A stretch of DNA of 64,000 bases from Balanoglossus misakiensis (Eukaryota; Animalia; Hemichordata), in assembly GCA_040954595.2 (NCBI GenBank), contig CM082585.2:3068902-3132901 (forward strand), read 5' to 3'. Under the pieces are notes generated by a model, which was not told the origin of the DNA, made no database searches, and saw nothing but the letters and a program-made list of their open reading frames with translations. The translations under genes and the position numbers were made by a program. Positions 13,677 to 26,686 of this stretch are shown here, one piece after another (positions within the stretch are counted from its first letter, which is position 1; each line of letters opens with the position of its first letter).

Positions 13677-14110
13677 GTATGAGTCACAGTTATACAAGTG
13701 CCTTGACCTAGTGTCGATACTAAGCAAATTTAAGTCAAACAGAAACCATAGAAATAAAACTGCTACTTTAAGCTAAATATTTTTGGCCGTAACACTACAC
13801 ATTACAATTCATGGTTGAATTGAACCATATGTTATTTTGTACTTGTTCGTGGATGATATTTCTATGAGAACCGGGACTCGTGAAGTTTCTATACTGAAGA
13901 AAAAAAATTGTCTATGACAACTATGACATCTATCGGACGAGTTACTTCTTATAATACGCTACGACTAATTGGACAAACTATGTTAGCTATGATGTGATAG
14001 CAAATAGTAGAGATCCAAAGCATATCTTCACATCAATTTTATGTAAAAAGTTTTGTCTTTATCGAGCAAGAATAAAATGCCTATACAGACTTTTTAAAAA
14101 TAGCACACAA

Positions 14111-14955
14111 GTCCGCCAGCCTCAGGCCGCTCCGAAGCTGGGACGCTCCAACGTGGAAATACTACACGACCTCCTATTCGGGAACACTCGTATCAGAACA
14201 TGGCTGCTCCTGACGAGGAACGGTGGCGAAGGTTAGCATTGGGGTTAGGGTTAGCGTTAGATAAGGGTTTAAGGTTAAACCCCGGTGCGGAAAGTACCGG
14301 GGTTCGGATTAACGTGTGTTTGTATAGTTGTTTATTTGGGAGTGGTCGTCGTGCATAATGACTGTGTAATTGCTCTAGATCTCATGTACACAGACAATAA
14401 TTGAACACTTTACACTTCCACGCGATTGACAACTGTTTGAATGGCGTGGTTATTGTTTCCCAGGGACGCTTCTGAAAAGCACTGAAACCAGATTTCTCCC
14501 AAAATCATCGTTGTTTCAAAAGCTCGTGTACTTTTTTAACTTTATGTTGTGTGTGTTTATAAAGCCAACTACTGTCGTTGTGTGGTGTTATTCTTTTTTC
14601 TTGGACCTGTTTGGGCCGATTTTCATAGAGCCAAGATCGTTGGTGTTGTCTGTTGTCAGTCAAACGGCATTAAGATTCGCCACTGATTCTGGGGGTCTTT
14701 TATACCCCGCACCGGGGTTTAAGACTGCATTTAAAATAACCAAAGTGATTTAGTTTGTGAATAAGGTCAAGTGTCGGTATACAGTAACTTACGCTAACGG
14801 TAACCCTAACGCTAATGCTAACCATCGCCACCAGAGAATGGTACAGTCCAAAGCCGCTCGCCTGGCAGTATTTACCGTCATGCTTATGAGCGTTCTTTTG
14901 CCAGGAGCCGTTCCCAAATGAGAGCGTTCCCTGCCTAGAGGTAGGCTGGCGGACC
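14111..14955. repeat. Degenerate foldback element with GGTTAG/CTAACC telomere-like motifs in both arms
   Basis: GTCCGCCAGCCT vs AGGCTGGCGGAC; GGTGGCGAAGGTTAGCATT..GGGTTAGCGTTAG vs CTAACGGTAACCCTAACGCTAATGCTAACCATCGCCACC; AACCCCGGTGCGG vs CCGCACCGGGGTT. Confidence 0.6.
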
Positions 14956-15766
14956 CTGCTCAAAATAGGGCGAGTGTCAGTGTGGCAGGATTGTTGCTTA
15001 CTTTTTTATTTCGTATGGCGTCTTGTTCATCTTTCGTAGTTTTCAATACAATGATGGCGTCGTCCCATGCAGTACATGTACATCGAAACCTTTTACACCG
15101 CTTTTCGCGCGAATTAAATACAATGTGTTTGCCCACATAAGTTGCTTTGATTGCCCTCAAAATCGATCCTCGAAAATGCGAGTGTGGCCTTAGACCTTAC
15201 AAAACGCCACAAGTTACAGTATAGAGATAGAACAGAAAGGGCAATATAAAATCATAGATCTGAAGAAAATGACCCGTACCCCAGTTGTTTTTGGTTTACA
15301 TTTCAGCAAAGTCTGACATTTCCTCGATGATAAAAGCGGTAACGTGTCGATTAATTGTGGGTGGAACTATTTGTAAGCAAAGCTCAAACTGCTCTTTGTC
15401 CAATTATGCACGGGTTATTATTCCAGCTGGAATATTTGACTTGGTAGAGAGTCGCCCGTAATGTCAAATTTATGTTTTAAAAATAAAAATAAGTAAATTC
15501 AACATTACAAAATTGTGAACACCACATTTTTTTTTCTTTTTCCTTCAAAAAGCCTGCTCCTAAACTTTAATCTATTACGAGTAAAGAACATACATATTTG
15601 AAGGCCATCAAATTGTAGTCCAGCTTGGACAGATTTTAAGTGCTTGACCAAACTGTACTGTTATGTCATTTGGGTCATTTTAACATGGTCCTAAGGGAGG
15701 GCGCTATATCGCAACCCACGGATTGTGTTTGTCTTCGCTACGTATTGTTTGCGACTTTGCAAGTAA

Positions 15767-17308
15767 GGGAGCATTCGCTTTTTACAGGGAGGGGGGGGGC
15801 GGTGGAATTTGAGTCGCCGACTAAATGTAAAAGGCAACCCCCCCTCGAAATTACTTTTCTAAAATGTGTCCCCCCCTAAATTCTTCAATTGTAAAATGTG
15901 ACCCCCCCAAAAAAACAAAAAGTTTATCCACCGGATTAAACTTATCAAACTTTGTCAGATATTGGTGTATGTTCGACATACCACATAATCAACCATGAAA
16001 CCTAGTCTACATAGTTCCTTGATTTCCAAGTAGTGCATTGTCTGCCTGACGTTGTTACGTGAAAGAGTTCATTTTCAATGTCGCCGCTATCACTTTCTGA
16101 GTCACTTTCCTCTGAATCACCTAGTTCACCTATCACTACATGTTCATCTTCTGGTTCACTGTAGAGACTCTCTACAACAAGATTATAATGGTGGAATTCC
16201 ACCCCTTTGATATTTGTATACCAGCCCCAGCCACCATGGTATTAATTGGCAATGTTTAGTTCTTTAAATGCATCAGAAGCCAAATTGCTTGTTCATATGT
16301 ACAACTTAAAATACATTGATGAGCACTCATTCAAATTAATTTTTGACAAACTTACCCAGTGATACAAAACAAACAATTGACCTGAGTGAAGTCGACACTC
16401 AAAGTGACTCGTCAGAACTGAGTGGTACAACAGACGCAGTTTACTTTTGTGAAGTGGAGAGTCAGAGTGACTCGTCAGAATAACTTATCAAATGCGTTGA
16501 AATTTTATTTGCAGGCTTCTTGTGATGTTCTGAATCAAAGATATCACAATAGCAGGAAACCTTTGGCTGTTTTTTCATCATTCTGGTGCAGTGAATCAGC
16601 TATAGTTTCTTCTCCTGCTTCGCATAGCATATTGTTAAATACTCAGTATTCTGCTTGTCGGCTCAGCCTCGATATTTAGACTGACCATTGTTATTGTTGA
16701 CATATGATTCTATTCAGAATTACATTCAGTTTTTAACATTACACTCTACCTTATAGCCACAGTAGCTGTACGTGATGTCATAGACAGTATTTTTTTAATA
16801 CAACTTGTACAAATGCTTTGTACAAGGGTTTTTAGATTCCTTTTAGGTTCCCATTGGTGTTCTTATCTATATTTGTGTTCTTATCTATATAATCATGTTT
16901 GTTTGAGTGTATGTGATAACAAAGTCTGAAAATCTTTGCAAACACTCCATATATCCGTATTTCGGAATATAGCTATTTTTCCAGTTTCCAAAGAGTTTTA
17001 AAAGTGATGTATGTCATAATATTGCCATGATACAGCCTGAAAATGTTATTTTTGTGATCAAAAGTGTACTTGTTGTCACCTGATCACACAGAATAAAGAC
17101 ATGTTCGTATTCTATTTTATACACTTTACGGTCAATTCTGTTGTTTTTTGCTATAATTCCATACAAATCTGTTGTAAAAATTGTCCCCCCCCCAAAAAAA
17201 CCATTGATTATAAAATTTGTCCCCCCCCTAAAAACTGCTTTGTAAAAGTAACCCCCCCCCCCTGATATCCACCGCCCCCCCCCCTCCCTGTAAAAAACGA
17301 ATGCTTCC
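15767..17308. mobile_element. PIF/Harbinger-like non-autonomous element (1.5 kb)
   Basis: TIRs GGGAGCATTCGCTTTTTACAGGGAGGGGGG / CCCCCCTCCCTGTAAAAAACGAATGCTTCC with a TAA TSD on both sides. Confidence 0.8.
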
Positions 17309-17449
17309 TAAGTTCACGTTTAAGAATCAACTGATTGGACTTCGAGCCGTTTCTATAAGCTGTGAACGAGTTTAGACTGTGATTGGCAGAACAGGAAGCG
17401 GAATTTCGTGGCATTCCAGTTGTTAGCGGAGTCACCAGTGAAACTAGAA

Positions 17450-20300
17450 CTTTCAACATGGCCGCCGCCCGAGTCGTGATTGATGACGTCTAGCCAATCT
17501 TCATGGTTCTGAATGAAATCCATAGAAACAGCAAAGATGGTTACTTGACGGAGGGAGAAGGATATATAGCTACAACATCAGTTATAGACGCAAACAACCT
17601 AAGATGCGTTTAGTTGTCGCGGGGTGTTTGTCGAATCTATTTGAATGGACAACTTGAGAGAGCCAAGCTTCTGAGTACGGGCATTACCGTCCAAAACCAG
17701 CAGGTGCGGCTTCATGAAACGAATCCCTTTGTGAGACGCCATAAAGGAATTAGACTCACTGTAAGGGTTAACAATACTCAGCAGAAAACTCACTGATCAC
17801 TGCCGGACTGTCTAAATACACATGTGAAGTAACTGAAATTGAGGATGAACGCTTGTGAGTGAATGGTAAGCTAGCTGAGTGCAGAACGGGCAATAGATTT
17901 GTATATGTAAAATCGATCACAACACCCATTCCAACCTATGGTGTTAAAATGGGAAAGTTTGTCACCAATGTCTTCAACTCGCTAGATAAGTTGCTGGACT
18001 CAACCGAAATTACTCCATATACGAAGGCATCAGTGAACATGTCGGTTTGAGTGGAGAGATACATTTGTCACAAACGAATGAACGGCAAAGTAAAGGTGGC
18101 TCTCCTAAGACATGTAGGCGGAGGGATGAAATCAACGTATTAGAGACTTTTATTGATGAATGCCAATTCTCAGCAACCATGAGACGTTGCAAGAGAGCTA
18201 CTGGCAGATCAACACAAAGTGCAGCGATCAAGAACAAATCCAGAAAGAAGAGAAACAAGAACAAGAAAAAAGAAAAGGACAACCAAGAGACATCATCTGC
18301 AGCTGTTGACAATAATGAAAAAGATACTAGGGAACTTCGTCGCTCGCGATCGCTAGAGTCCATCTCACAGCGTACCACACTGTACTACAAGCAAGCGGTC
18401 AACAAACGCCGATCTCCGAATCAAAGAAGAGAACAACAACGCCTCCTGATCATCCTGGCAGTAAGCGCCACGATACAGGTATTTGCGTTTTGCGTCAACT
18501 GAGAATATTTTGAAGTTGTGGTCAAGAAATTTGACGTTTTATGGTAAAGTTATTGTGTTAAAGACTTTAATAGCTTCCAGACTTACGTATGTTTTCAATC
18601 TTTGTACTGTTTCTTATGATGTACTTGTCAAACTAGACAGATTATTTGCCTCATTTATTTGGGGTTCCAAAATTGATAAAATTAAGCGGTGCATTGGTGA
18701 TTATTCCGAAGATGGAATTAATGCACCAGATGTGTTCTGCCAGAATAAAGCCCTGAAAGCATCATGGGTAAACTGCCTGCTTTCAGAATCAGTTAATATT
18801 TTGTTGCCTTCATGGAAGTTGATTCCTTATCATTATTCATATAAAGATGGAATTGCTGATGTTATATTTTTATGAACTTCACTGAGACAAGACATTGTCA
18901 GTGCTTTGTTACTTTGCCAAAGTTTTACAGAGAGGTTGTACTTGCCTGGTATGAGTGTGGCGGAGGAAATACTCCAATTAATGATACACAGTCTATCTTA
19001 AGGTTGCATTGCATGAAAAGTTGTGATTTTTGCCAAATTTTACTTTTTACATAAATCGGTAGGCCTAATACTGACCCACATCCTGACTAATACGTCTTGG
19101 CGGAAATGGTGCATAATCACCCACAAATAGCACTTTTCTGAATGAGTTCACAGCTTAGAAATAGGTATCAACAATGCAAATGGCCGTTTTTCTCAGTTTG
19201 CATTTTCGCTGCTCTTGACAACTTCAGAAGAAATTAGTTTCGCTCTGCGTAAGCCGAATTTGCTCAAATTTTAACAGGGGATTATGTATGACCCATCCAA
19301 CAAAACTGTATTTTTGTTAGTCGATAAAGTGTCCCTGGCGGGAATAAACTCTGATTCAATACAAATCACCGTGAATTTGATCAAATTTTACTAAAAATCT
19401 AACTTTCAAACGCTGTTACTCCTCAATGGAAGCAGATAACGCAAAACAAAATTGCCGTTTTTTTGCACGTGTACTCTAGTTTCGAATGACATATTAAGAT
19501 GCATGATGCATGGTCAACTTTTTTACATAATTTAAATTTAATGACATAATATCAAAAAATGTTTTTTATAACCCAAAATCGCCACCATTTCCGGGGATCA
19601 ATAATATTTGCAACTCAAACAAAACTTCAAAAACTCAGCTTCCAGAATATATATGGTTTATGGGGGTTTCAGCGTTGTCTTTGATGAGAAATAGTCCTCT
19701 GAAAAAGTCTCGACGGTTTCATGCAATGCCACCTTAAATCAGGTTTTGTGGTGTAACAAACATATAGCATTTAAGGGTAAAACCATTTTCTTTCGCAATT
19801 GGGTTGATGCGGAATTGTACACCTTAAAGATCTTGTAAAAAATACGGGTTTTGATATACCAGGTAGAAGGAATTTACGAGAAACTTGATAAACGGGTAAA
19901 TTGGATCTCAGAGCTGTTTCAATTGATTATGCAATCCCAATTCTCTGGAAAGCACATTGTACGAACTTGTGCAATGCTAACTTTAGTCAAAATGTTAATG
20001 TTCAACTTAATGTAACTGTTTTGTCCAAATATCAGAGGAGAGTGATCAACTCTATCCGGTTGATAAAATTAAGGTCAAAGATTATTATAGGATCTTAATC
20101 AACAAGAAATTTGTGTGGCCTTGGGTCACACAAATGTGGAATAGATTGTTCGATTCGAATGTAGATTGGATTTCAAGAACTATCAGCTTAACAGACGAAC
20201 GACGATGTTGTGCCTTCATGTACAATTTCCTGCATTTTATTTTACCAAATCAGAATAACTTTACAGAAATGGAAAAGTTCAAATACAATGTTAATAACGT
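17450..20300 (+). mobile_element. Degenerate Tx1/L1-clade LINE (ORF1 remnant joined to the ORF2 C-terminus; EN/RT core deleted)
   Basis: ORF1-like fragments RIYL..RAKLLSTGITVQNQQVRLHETNPF and GKLAECRTGNRFVYV. ORF2 post-RT motifs LWSRNLTFYGKVIVLKTLIASRLTY, GINAPD..KALKASWV, LPKFYREVVLAW and NQVLWCNKHI..KTIFFRNW. Frameshifted. Confidence 0.8.
19002..19733. mobile_element. Kolobok-like MITE inserted into the Tx1 ORF2
   Basis: TIRs GGTTGCATTGCATGAAA / TTTCATGCAATGCCACC with a TTAA TSD. Removing it restores the frame QSILNQVLWCNKHI. Confidence 0.85.
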
Positions 20301-20947
20301 ATCCCCACCCCTATATTAACACCTCATTCTCCCACCATCCCACCCCCTTCAACATAATCCGGCTTTCCTATTCCCCTTTCCAACATTGTTTTCAATAGCC
20401 CTGAGCCGTGTTATTTTCCGTTACTGCGGCGTTGCATTCAATTTCTCCATTCCTTATAGCTGCATGTGGTCGGGCCGGTATTAGTATGCACATCATGAAT
20501 GTTTTGCATTCCGATAAAGGAACATGTACAAAATTTTATTCACAAATTGCTGGTACGTATACTGAAATTAGATATACAATGGCTAGGTATTTTTGTTACA
20601 CCTTTTTTTGCCTTTTTTACCTTTGTAAAATGCATTGAAATGAAGATCCAGAAACGACACTCGAATATTTCTGCAGCAGAGACAGTTTCTCGCGTTAGGG
20701 AAACTGAAAGTATTTCATTGCAATATAGAGATAACTTTGCATCATATTTACAATACACTGTACTGTTTAATTGTCCAAAGCCGCTCCGTGCATATAGTTC
20801 TCGCGAATTGCAATTTCCCAACGAAAGAAAATACAATTATAAATGTGACCAACACTTGTTGTTGCCAGCACGAATTTAGGCGGCATGAAGATACACCATC
20901 TGAATATCACAGTGTCCTGAACACCTGGTTGGCTACTGTATGGTAAT

Positions 20948-23900
20948 TCACCATCTCAGTTTTAGAGATCCGGCAAATCTGACTATTGCGGGTTCTGCAT
21001 ATGCTGTCTATCGGCCAGAACGCCAATTAACCACAATGAGAAGCTAATATACTTGACAGACTTGCTTAGACGCCCATTCTTTTTTCTACAGCAGCCTGGA
21101 AGATACACAAATTAAGGAGTTACAAAGCCATTTGAAACCAGCGGGTCGATAGGGAAGGCGCATTTGGGTAATTACAATGTAATTAGGCGAAAATCTGGTA
21201 GACTGAAATTTCGTTGTAATTGTATGACTTAACATTGAGAAACATCATGAACCCTCGCCTCGAAAGTTTTATAACATTGCTCGTTGGGTATTTCTTTGAA
21301 CCATCTGTCCTGGCTGACTGTTTAAAATCTAGTACTCATTCAGAAAGTTTCGCTAGAGGTTTGTAGGGGATTTTGTCGCTTCATAAATTTAGCAAAGGGT
21401 TTTATTCTCATAAATCCGGTTTGAATATATCACGTGATGAAAAAGCACACACTTGTTTACATCATATGACTACTATCTTCTTTTATTGGCGTAATTTTCT
21501 AATACATTTCTATGAAATGCATTAAGTTTGACTATTCCATGAACTTTACAGATACTGTAACATCTATTTCATCAGGCAACATAAAAATCGCAGTAAAAGA
21601 ACTCCTCACCAAAGTGAGGGATGGAATACAGACAAGCGCCGTCGGGGATGGAAAAAGAAACTGGTTTGATCGGAACCCAGGAAAAGGGACCCGAGAATGC
21701 ATCGTCACATTCCGATTCCTGAAAAGGGATACAATATCATGAATTAAGAAAAGAGTCGATCTAGTTTAATCTCAATACCAGGTTAATTGATTGGCAGTTT
21801 ATATACTGTAGGCGATTCACAACAATTAAAAAATAGTAATCCTCCCTTATCGGCCCATGTTTCGCATATTTCACCCTATTTATATCGCGTCTGCGTCCTA
21901 CTTTTGTCCATTCTGCTCGTTTAACCTACGACTACAGGGAAAAGCAAGAATTTATATCCATTTTTTATTTTATCTGTATATTGATGTCAAAGACAAGGCG
22001 TATTATATTATGACAGAACTGTGCGCAATCTGTACCATACGGAAACTATTTTCACGAGTGATGGGGTGTATCCTGCATACCTTCCGAACGGTAGAGATCG
22101 CACGCAGAGGTCATGGAGTTCTGTTATTATTGCATAGTTTTCCTCACTTTGACGAAAAGTTTCGATCGCGGCGTATTGATATCCAATACAGTGATGCGCC
22201 AGAGATGATGCCACCCAACGACTGCCGTTCATTGGACAAAATGACACAATATTTGTTATGCAAAGTAGGGCCATGTCGGCCGATATCATCAGCGGTTTAG
22301 CTCTGATCGCGTGATCGCATCGATAATATTTGAGAACAATGGCGAAAGTGAGAGTTTTCTTAATATTCCAGGTCAAAACGACTTGCCAGAATATTTTTAA
22401 ATCCCTACGTTTCAGCGATCATAACTTCGTTCTGGCGATGGAGTTCAATGTTTACAAACAGAACATATGAGCTTCCAAAAATACCAGAATTAATATTCCC
22501 CGGACCACTTAGAATACAGTGGTACAAATGCCATAATAATGGTTCACAGCAGACAAACCTTGCAATGGAAAGCGGTAATTCCGTTGGCATACAGTATCAC
22601 ATCGCATTTCTCACAACTGGAAACCAACTTGCTTCCGTCACCAGGGCCCTGTATTTAATAGAATGGAAAATACGTCAGACAAGTACCTGATTTGTCAAAT
22701 TTGGGGAACAGTCTATATAATCGTGTAGTATATAAAACATTACTTGATAATTCTCACAGATTACTTTTCTTGTAGACATATGTGGTGTTGAGATGTGAAC
22801 CTTGGGGGGTGTCTTGACATATCTCGCTTCTACTGTTATACAGAAACATAGACAAGCAAAGACTTTAGTCTGCATGCATTTATTACCACATTATCTGATA
22901 AGGCCGGCGCCAAAATAAAAAAAATATGTGCTGTTCCGATTTCCCGACCTACCCTAATTTTAACCCGCCGACCCTAACCTTTTTAGAGCTTTGTAAACCC
23001 GGAAGTAAATATAATGATTTCAAATATACAAAATTTATTTAAAAAATGCGCGAAATATGACGAAATCGCGCGCATCTTGCAAGAGCTATGACGTCATTCT
23101 TCTACACTACGGCGGCCAGACAAATAAAAAAATTGCAAAATAAAAAATTCCCTACCTACCCTTTTTTGAAAACCATGTAATCGGAACTGCACATTTTTTT
23201 TGACTAATCAGCCAGTATTTCCAGAGTCAACAAGTGATTTACACATGTGCAGATAGCTTTTGTCAGTTAGTCATAAGGCCGGGCAAAGAAATGCGGTGCG
23301 TTATAAATATGAAAGGATGACTAGGCCTATATGATATTTTACGCACCAGATCGATATCTTCGGAAAGGCGTCTGTCTAATATTCCAACAATTGCAAAACT
23401 AGTATCGGTCTTAAAGCCCACAGCGCACGTACTCGAACTTCGACTTATTTCCTGTACAAGACCAGCCCTGACGTTATTGGCCTTGGCGAACAGCTCTGAA
23501 GGATACTCGTCGGTTAATTCACAGTCTCCGTAAATCAATCCATCATCTGCGATCACATCAACTTTGCAGTTTTCAACGTGCAAAGAATGACTGTTCTCCT
23601 CATCCTCTTCTGTCACCATGGATCCACTCGCATGAAACGATATCAACACAACTATTGTTACGGCGGCAAATCGTTTAAATGTCTGAGGTGAAAAAACAGG
23701 AATTACTGAATTAGGCGTTTTTGTCGTCTTATTAGTGTAATGCTTTCATTATTCATATCATTCTGCTCGTTTCACAATTTTATGTTAGGCTGGCCATTGT
23801 TTATTACCAGTATTCTACCTCTGCGTTCACATCATGACGTTTTCAGCATTTTTATGGTCATGATTTGAACGTGTGTTTCCCTTTGGTCGCATTCACTATG

Positions 23901-24038
23901 ATGACCTGTTGACATCTGTGTCAAAAAGTACTAAGAATTCAATTATCAGGATATCAAGCATGATGCCCCGTTCTGGTCCAGCTTGACTGAACACATACCA
24001 TTTAGTATATTATGTAAGTGCTTTATGAACTTACCATT
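20948..24038 (-). CDS. Candidate gene for a secreted Cys-containing protein of unknown family
   Basis: ATG|gtaagt at ~24038-24036 with a TATAAA ~85 bp upstream. Exon from 23682 encodes (M)TFKRFAAVTIVVLISFHASG (signal peptide-like) and is open to ~23345. Further putative exons at ~22830-22744, 22649-22560, ~22222-22081, 21717-21609 and ~20994-20948. Downstream phases are not fully resolved. Confidence 0.5.
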
Positions 24039-25027
24039 GTGTGCGTATCACAGATGAATGCAAACATTGACAGCAAGGTTCATCTCAGCTATGTTGAAAC
24101 TTCTCGTGACTCCTCACTTTATATATATATTCAAATTGTATTTATAAGCACCGAGCTATTTTTGTCGTAAATTTCTTTTCCTAATTCTGTCTGTAAAACA
24201 ATACATGTGGTGGCGCCATATTGGAATATTTGCAAGTAGAACACATTCGTGGCGAACATGAAAACTGAAAGCACTAACTGCTACATGTGCATGTATGGGG
24301 CTCCTTGACTCCAAAGTCGTTTGGACAATTAGGTATATGTTGAGGAAAACTCTTTAATCTGTTTTTTTTCCCCATCCCTCTTGAACAAACCCTCACTATA
24401 TTCTCTCCCAATTACCAACAATTAAGGTGTAAACAACGCCAACACCGGGTGATAGTAGCATAGCAGTGTTATTTTAAATTTCTGCAGGTTAATTTGCATA
24501 GAATTATAATTATTGTGCCCAGCATTAGTAGATACCTCGTAATTATTTTTGTATTTCGGTAAAAGAAATGTATGCAAGACAGTGTGAACATAATGCTGGT
24601 ACGTTTAGTACAGTTAAACATCAATGGCTGGGTATTTTTGTTCAAGTTTTTTTAACAACTTTTTGCCTAAGTTGTAATTATAGATACGACATACGAAAAT
24701 TTGTGTGTCCTGGCTGACTGTTTACAATCTAGTATTGATTCGGAAAGTTCTACTAGAGTTTTCTAGGTGAAAATGTCGCTTCATAAATTTGGTAAAATGT
24801 TAATTTCTGTTAATTCCCGTTCGAAAGACCACGAGATGAAACGTACACACTTGTTTGCATCAGATAAATGCTGTCTCCTTTTTTATTGGCGTCATTTTCG
24901 AATACATTTATGTGAAATGCACTCCAGTTTGACAATTCCATTAACATTAAAGACAAATCTATTTAATCAATCAAGCAGCATAGAAATCACAGTATGATAA
25001 CCCCTCACCAAAGCGAGGGATGGCATA
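21306..25027. repeat. Diverged direct duplication, 21306-21627 vs 24707-25027
   Basis: Shared blocks TGTCCTGGCTGACTGTTTA.AATCTAGTA, TTTTATTGGCGT.ATTTTC.AATACATT and CCTCACCAAAG.GAGGGATGG.ATA. Confidence 0.75.
22902..23204 (-). mobile_element. Harbinger-like MITE, same family as 2384-2665, reversed
   Basis: TGCTGTTCCGATTTCCCGACCTACCCTAATTTT... matches the reverse complement of the 2384-2665 element; TAA flanks. Confidence 0.75.
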
Positions 25028-26011
25028 TAATTAAGAAATTTTCAAAAATACCTCTGTCTTAAAACTCCCAATGTTCAGCGGAACATAATTTCTTAAGGAC
25101 TTAGTATCACAACCTGTCTAACACAATCTAATTTACCAGCTGATTTCCCCGTGGGTTTCCAAAAATGATACAAATCTCCGTCAACAATATCATAATTTAA
25201 CTTGAACGCATCAAGTGTACAGGTTGTTATGGAAGTTTCTTTTTAGAACCACTAGTGTTAGTCTGTGGGCCCAACCAGCAAAAAAAGGTTCTAGAAATGT
25301 CATTATGTTGTATAGGAATTTTGTACTACATGAAATTAGCTGGAAATGACGGGTGGTAAACTATTGATGTGAAATCAGGTCACTTCTACCAAAAATGATG
25401 GACGAGAGAGCAATGACTATTTTAATTTATTTCATATACTATGTTCACAACTGCTATACTCCCATCAACTGGGGAAACTAAATGATTGAATTTTCTGTTT
25501 GAACAATTCATGTATTTTTTTTTTGCTAACACCTACACTACTATAGTCAGCACATGACATTATATACTTGAAAATGGAGAACTTTTTATCAAAACACTTC
25601 AGCTGATCTTGAATGCTGTCTGATATTTTTTTCAAAACGAATTTCTTTCACTTTTAGACGAGTACTTCTACTTGCACTTTTTTTCCAAACACATTTCTCA
25701 TAGCTTGCACTGGTGCAATTTGATATGAAAATGCACAATGAACTCCATCAGTATAACATAAGATACAAAATGACAGAATATATTTGTGTGAGACCAATTG
25801 TGTGTGCGTGCCATTTTAAGACTAAATTTAAAAATAGTTATTATTTTTAAACAATACAAACAGGATTTCATCAACCAAAACTGTTATGACTATGAAAAGA
25901 CTATTGCAGCGTTCATTGATTCGTTTTGTTTTACAAAGTAGAAAAAGAAGACACATTTAATACCAAATCAAGAACACAGGGAAATAAATCAAAAGGTAAA
26001 GTAACTGGAAT

Positions 26012-26670
26012 AATAGAATCTCACACTCCGAAGGGCCTGGGATCGTATTTCTCATACGAGTTGGGGATTTTTTGTCCCACACTCGCCGCAGGCGAGTGTG
26101 GGACAAAATATCCCCGACGAGTGTGAGAAATACGATCCCAGGTCCTTGGTGTGTGAGATTCTATTTCTCACACGACTACAAATTTGCGATATTCACGTTT
26201 ATTTACAATAAAAGAACTAAATCAATAAAATACCCACTGATAACTGCATGACTGGTCATATATTGATCCGCCTCGCAAAACATAGTCCCCATTTCATCAA
26301 AACTTTACACTACACACATGCTACAAAAATGTGCCCAACACATAAAAAATATGGAGATATGCTTCCAGTGGCCTAAATTCGCGGGATTTCTGGAAAATAC
26401 AGCCGTTTTAAACTTTTTTTGCAAATCTGTCACCAACCACGTACACCCCTGTCGTCTGCTCATGACCTGATCACATTGTAGTTCCGGTGCGTGTACAACA
26501 AGTCACACAATTGGATAATATTTGCTGGTTCTGAGGGGTATGAATATCATTATCCAATCAGAGCTCGTGTCAGATAACAGTTGTCTGTGTGCGCATCAAC
26601 ACAGAGTGTGGGATCGATTTGATCCCACACTCTCTATCCCACACTCCCAGCGGCCAGGAGTGTGAGAACT
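26012..26670. mobile_element. Hairpin-bearing non-autonomous element abutting the XDH/AOX stop codon
   Basis: Palindrome 26012-26165 centred on CTCGCCGCAGGCGAG. Smaller hairpins AGAGTGTGGGATC..GATCCCACACTCT at ~26602-26633. Confidence 0.7.
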
Positions 26671-26686
26671 TCAAATACCATGATAT

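Noticed and set aside
14228-14262. Telomeric array
   Set aside because: Only a couple of degenerate TTAGGG-like units inside a foldback repeat.
18047-18502. Lys/Arg-rich 151 aa ORF as a host gene
   Set aside because: It lies between LINE ORF1 and ORF2 remnants and is best explained as the low-complexity ORF1 tail.
21857-22300. 147 aa plus-strand ORF
   Set aside because: No recognisable motif or splice context; probably the antisense shadow of the minus-strand candidate exon.
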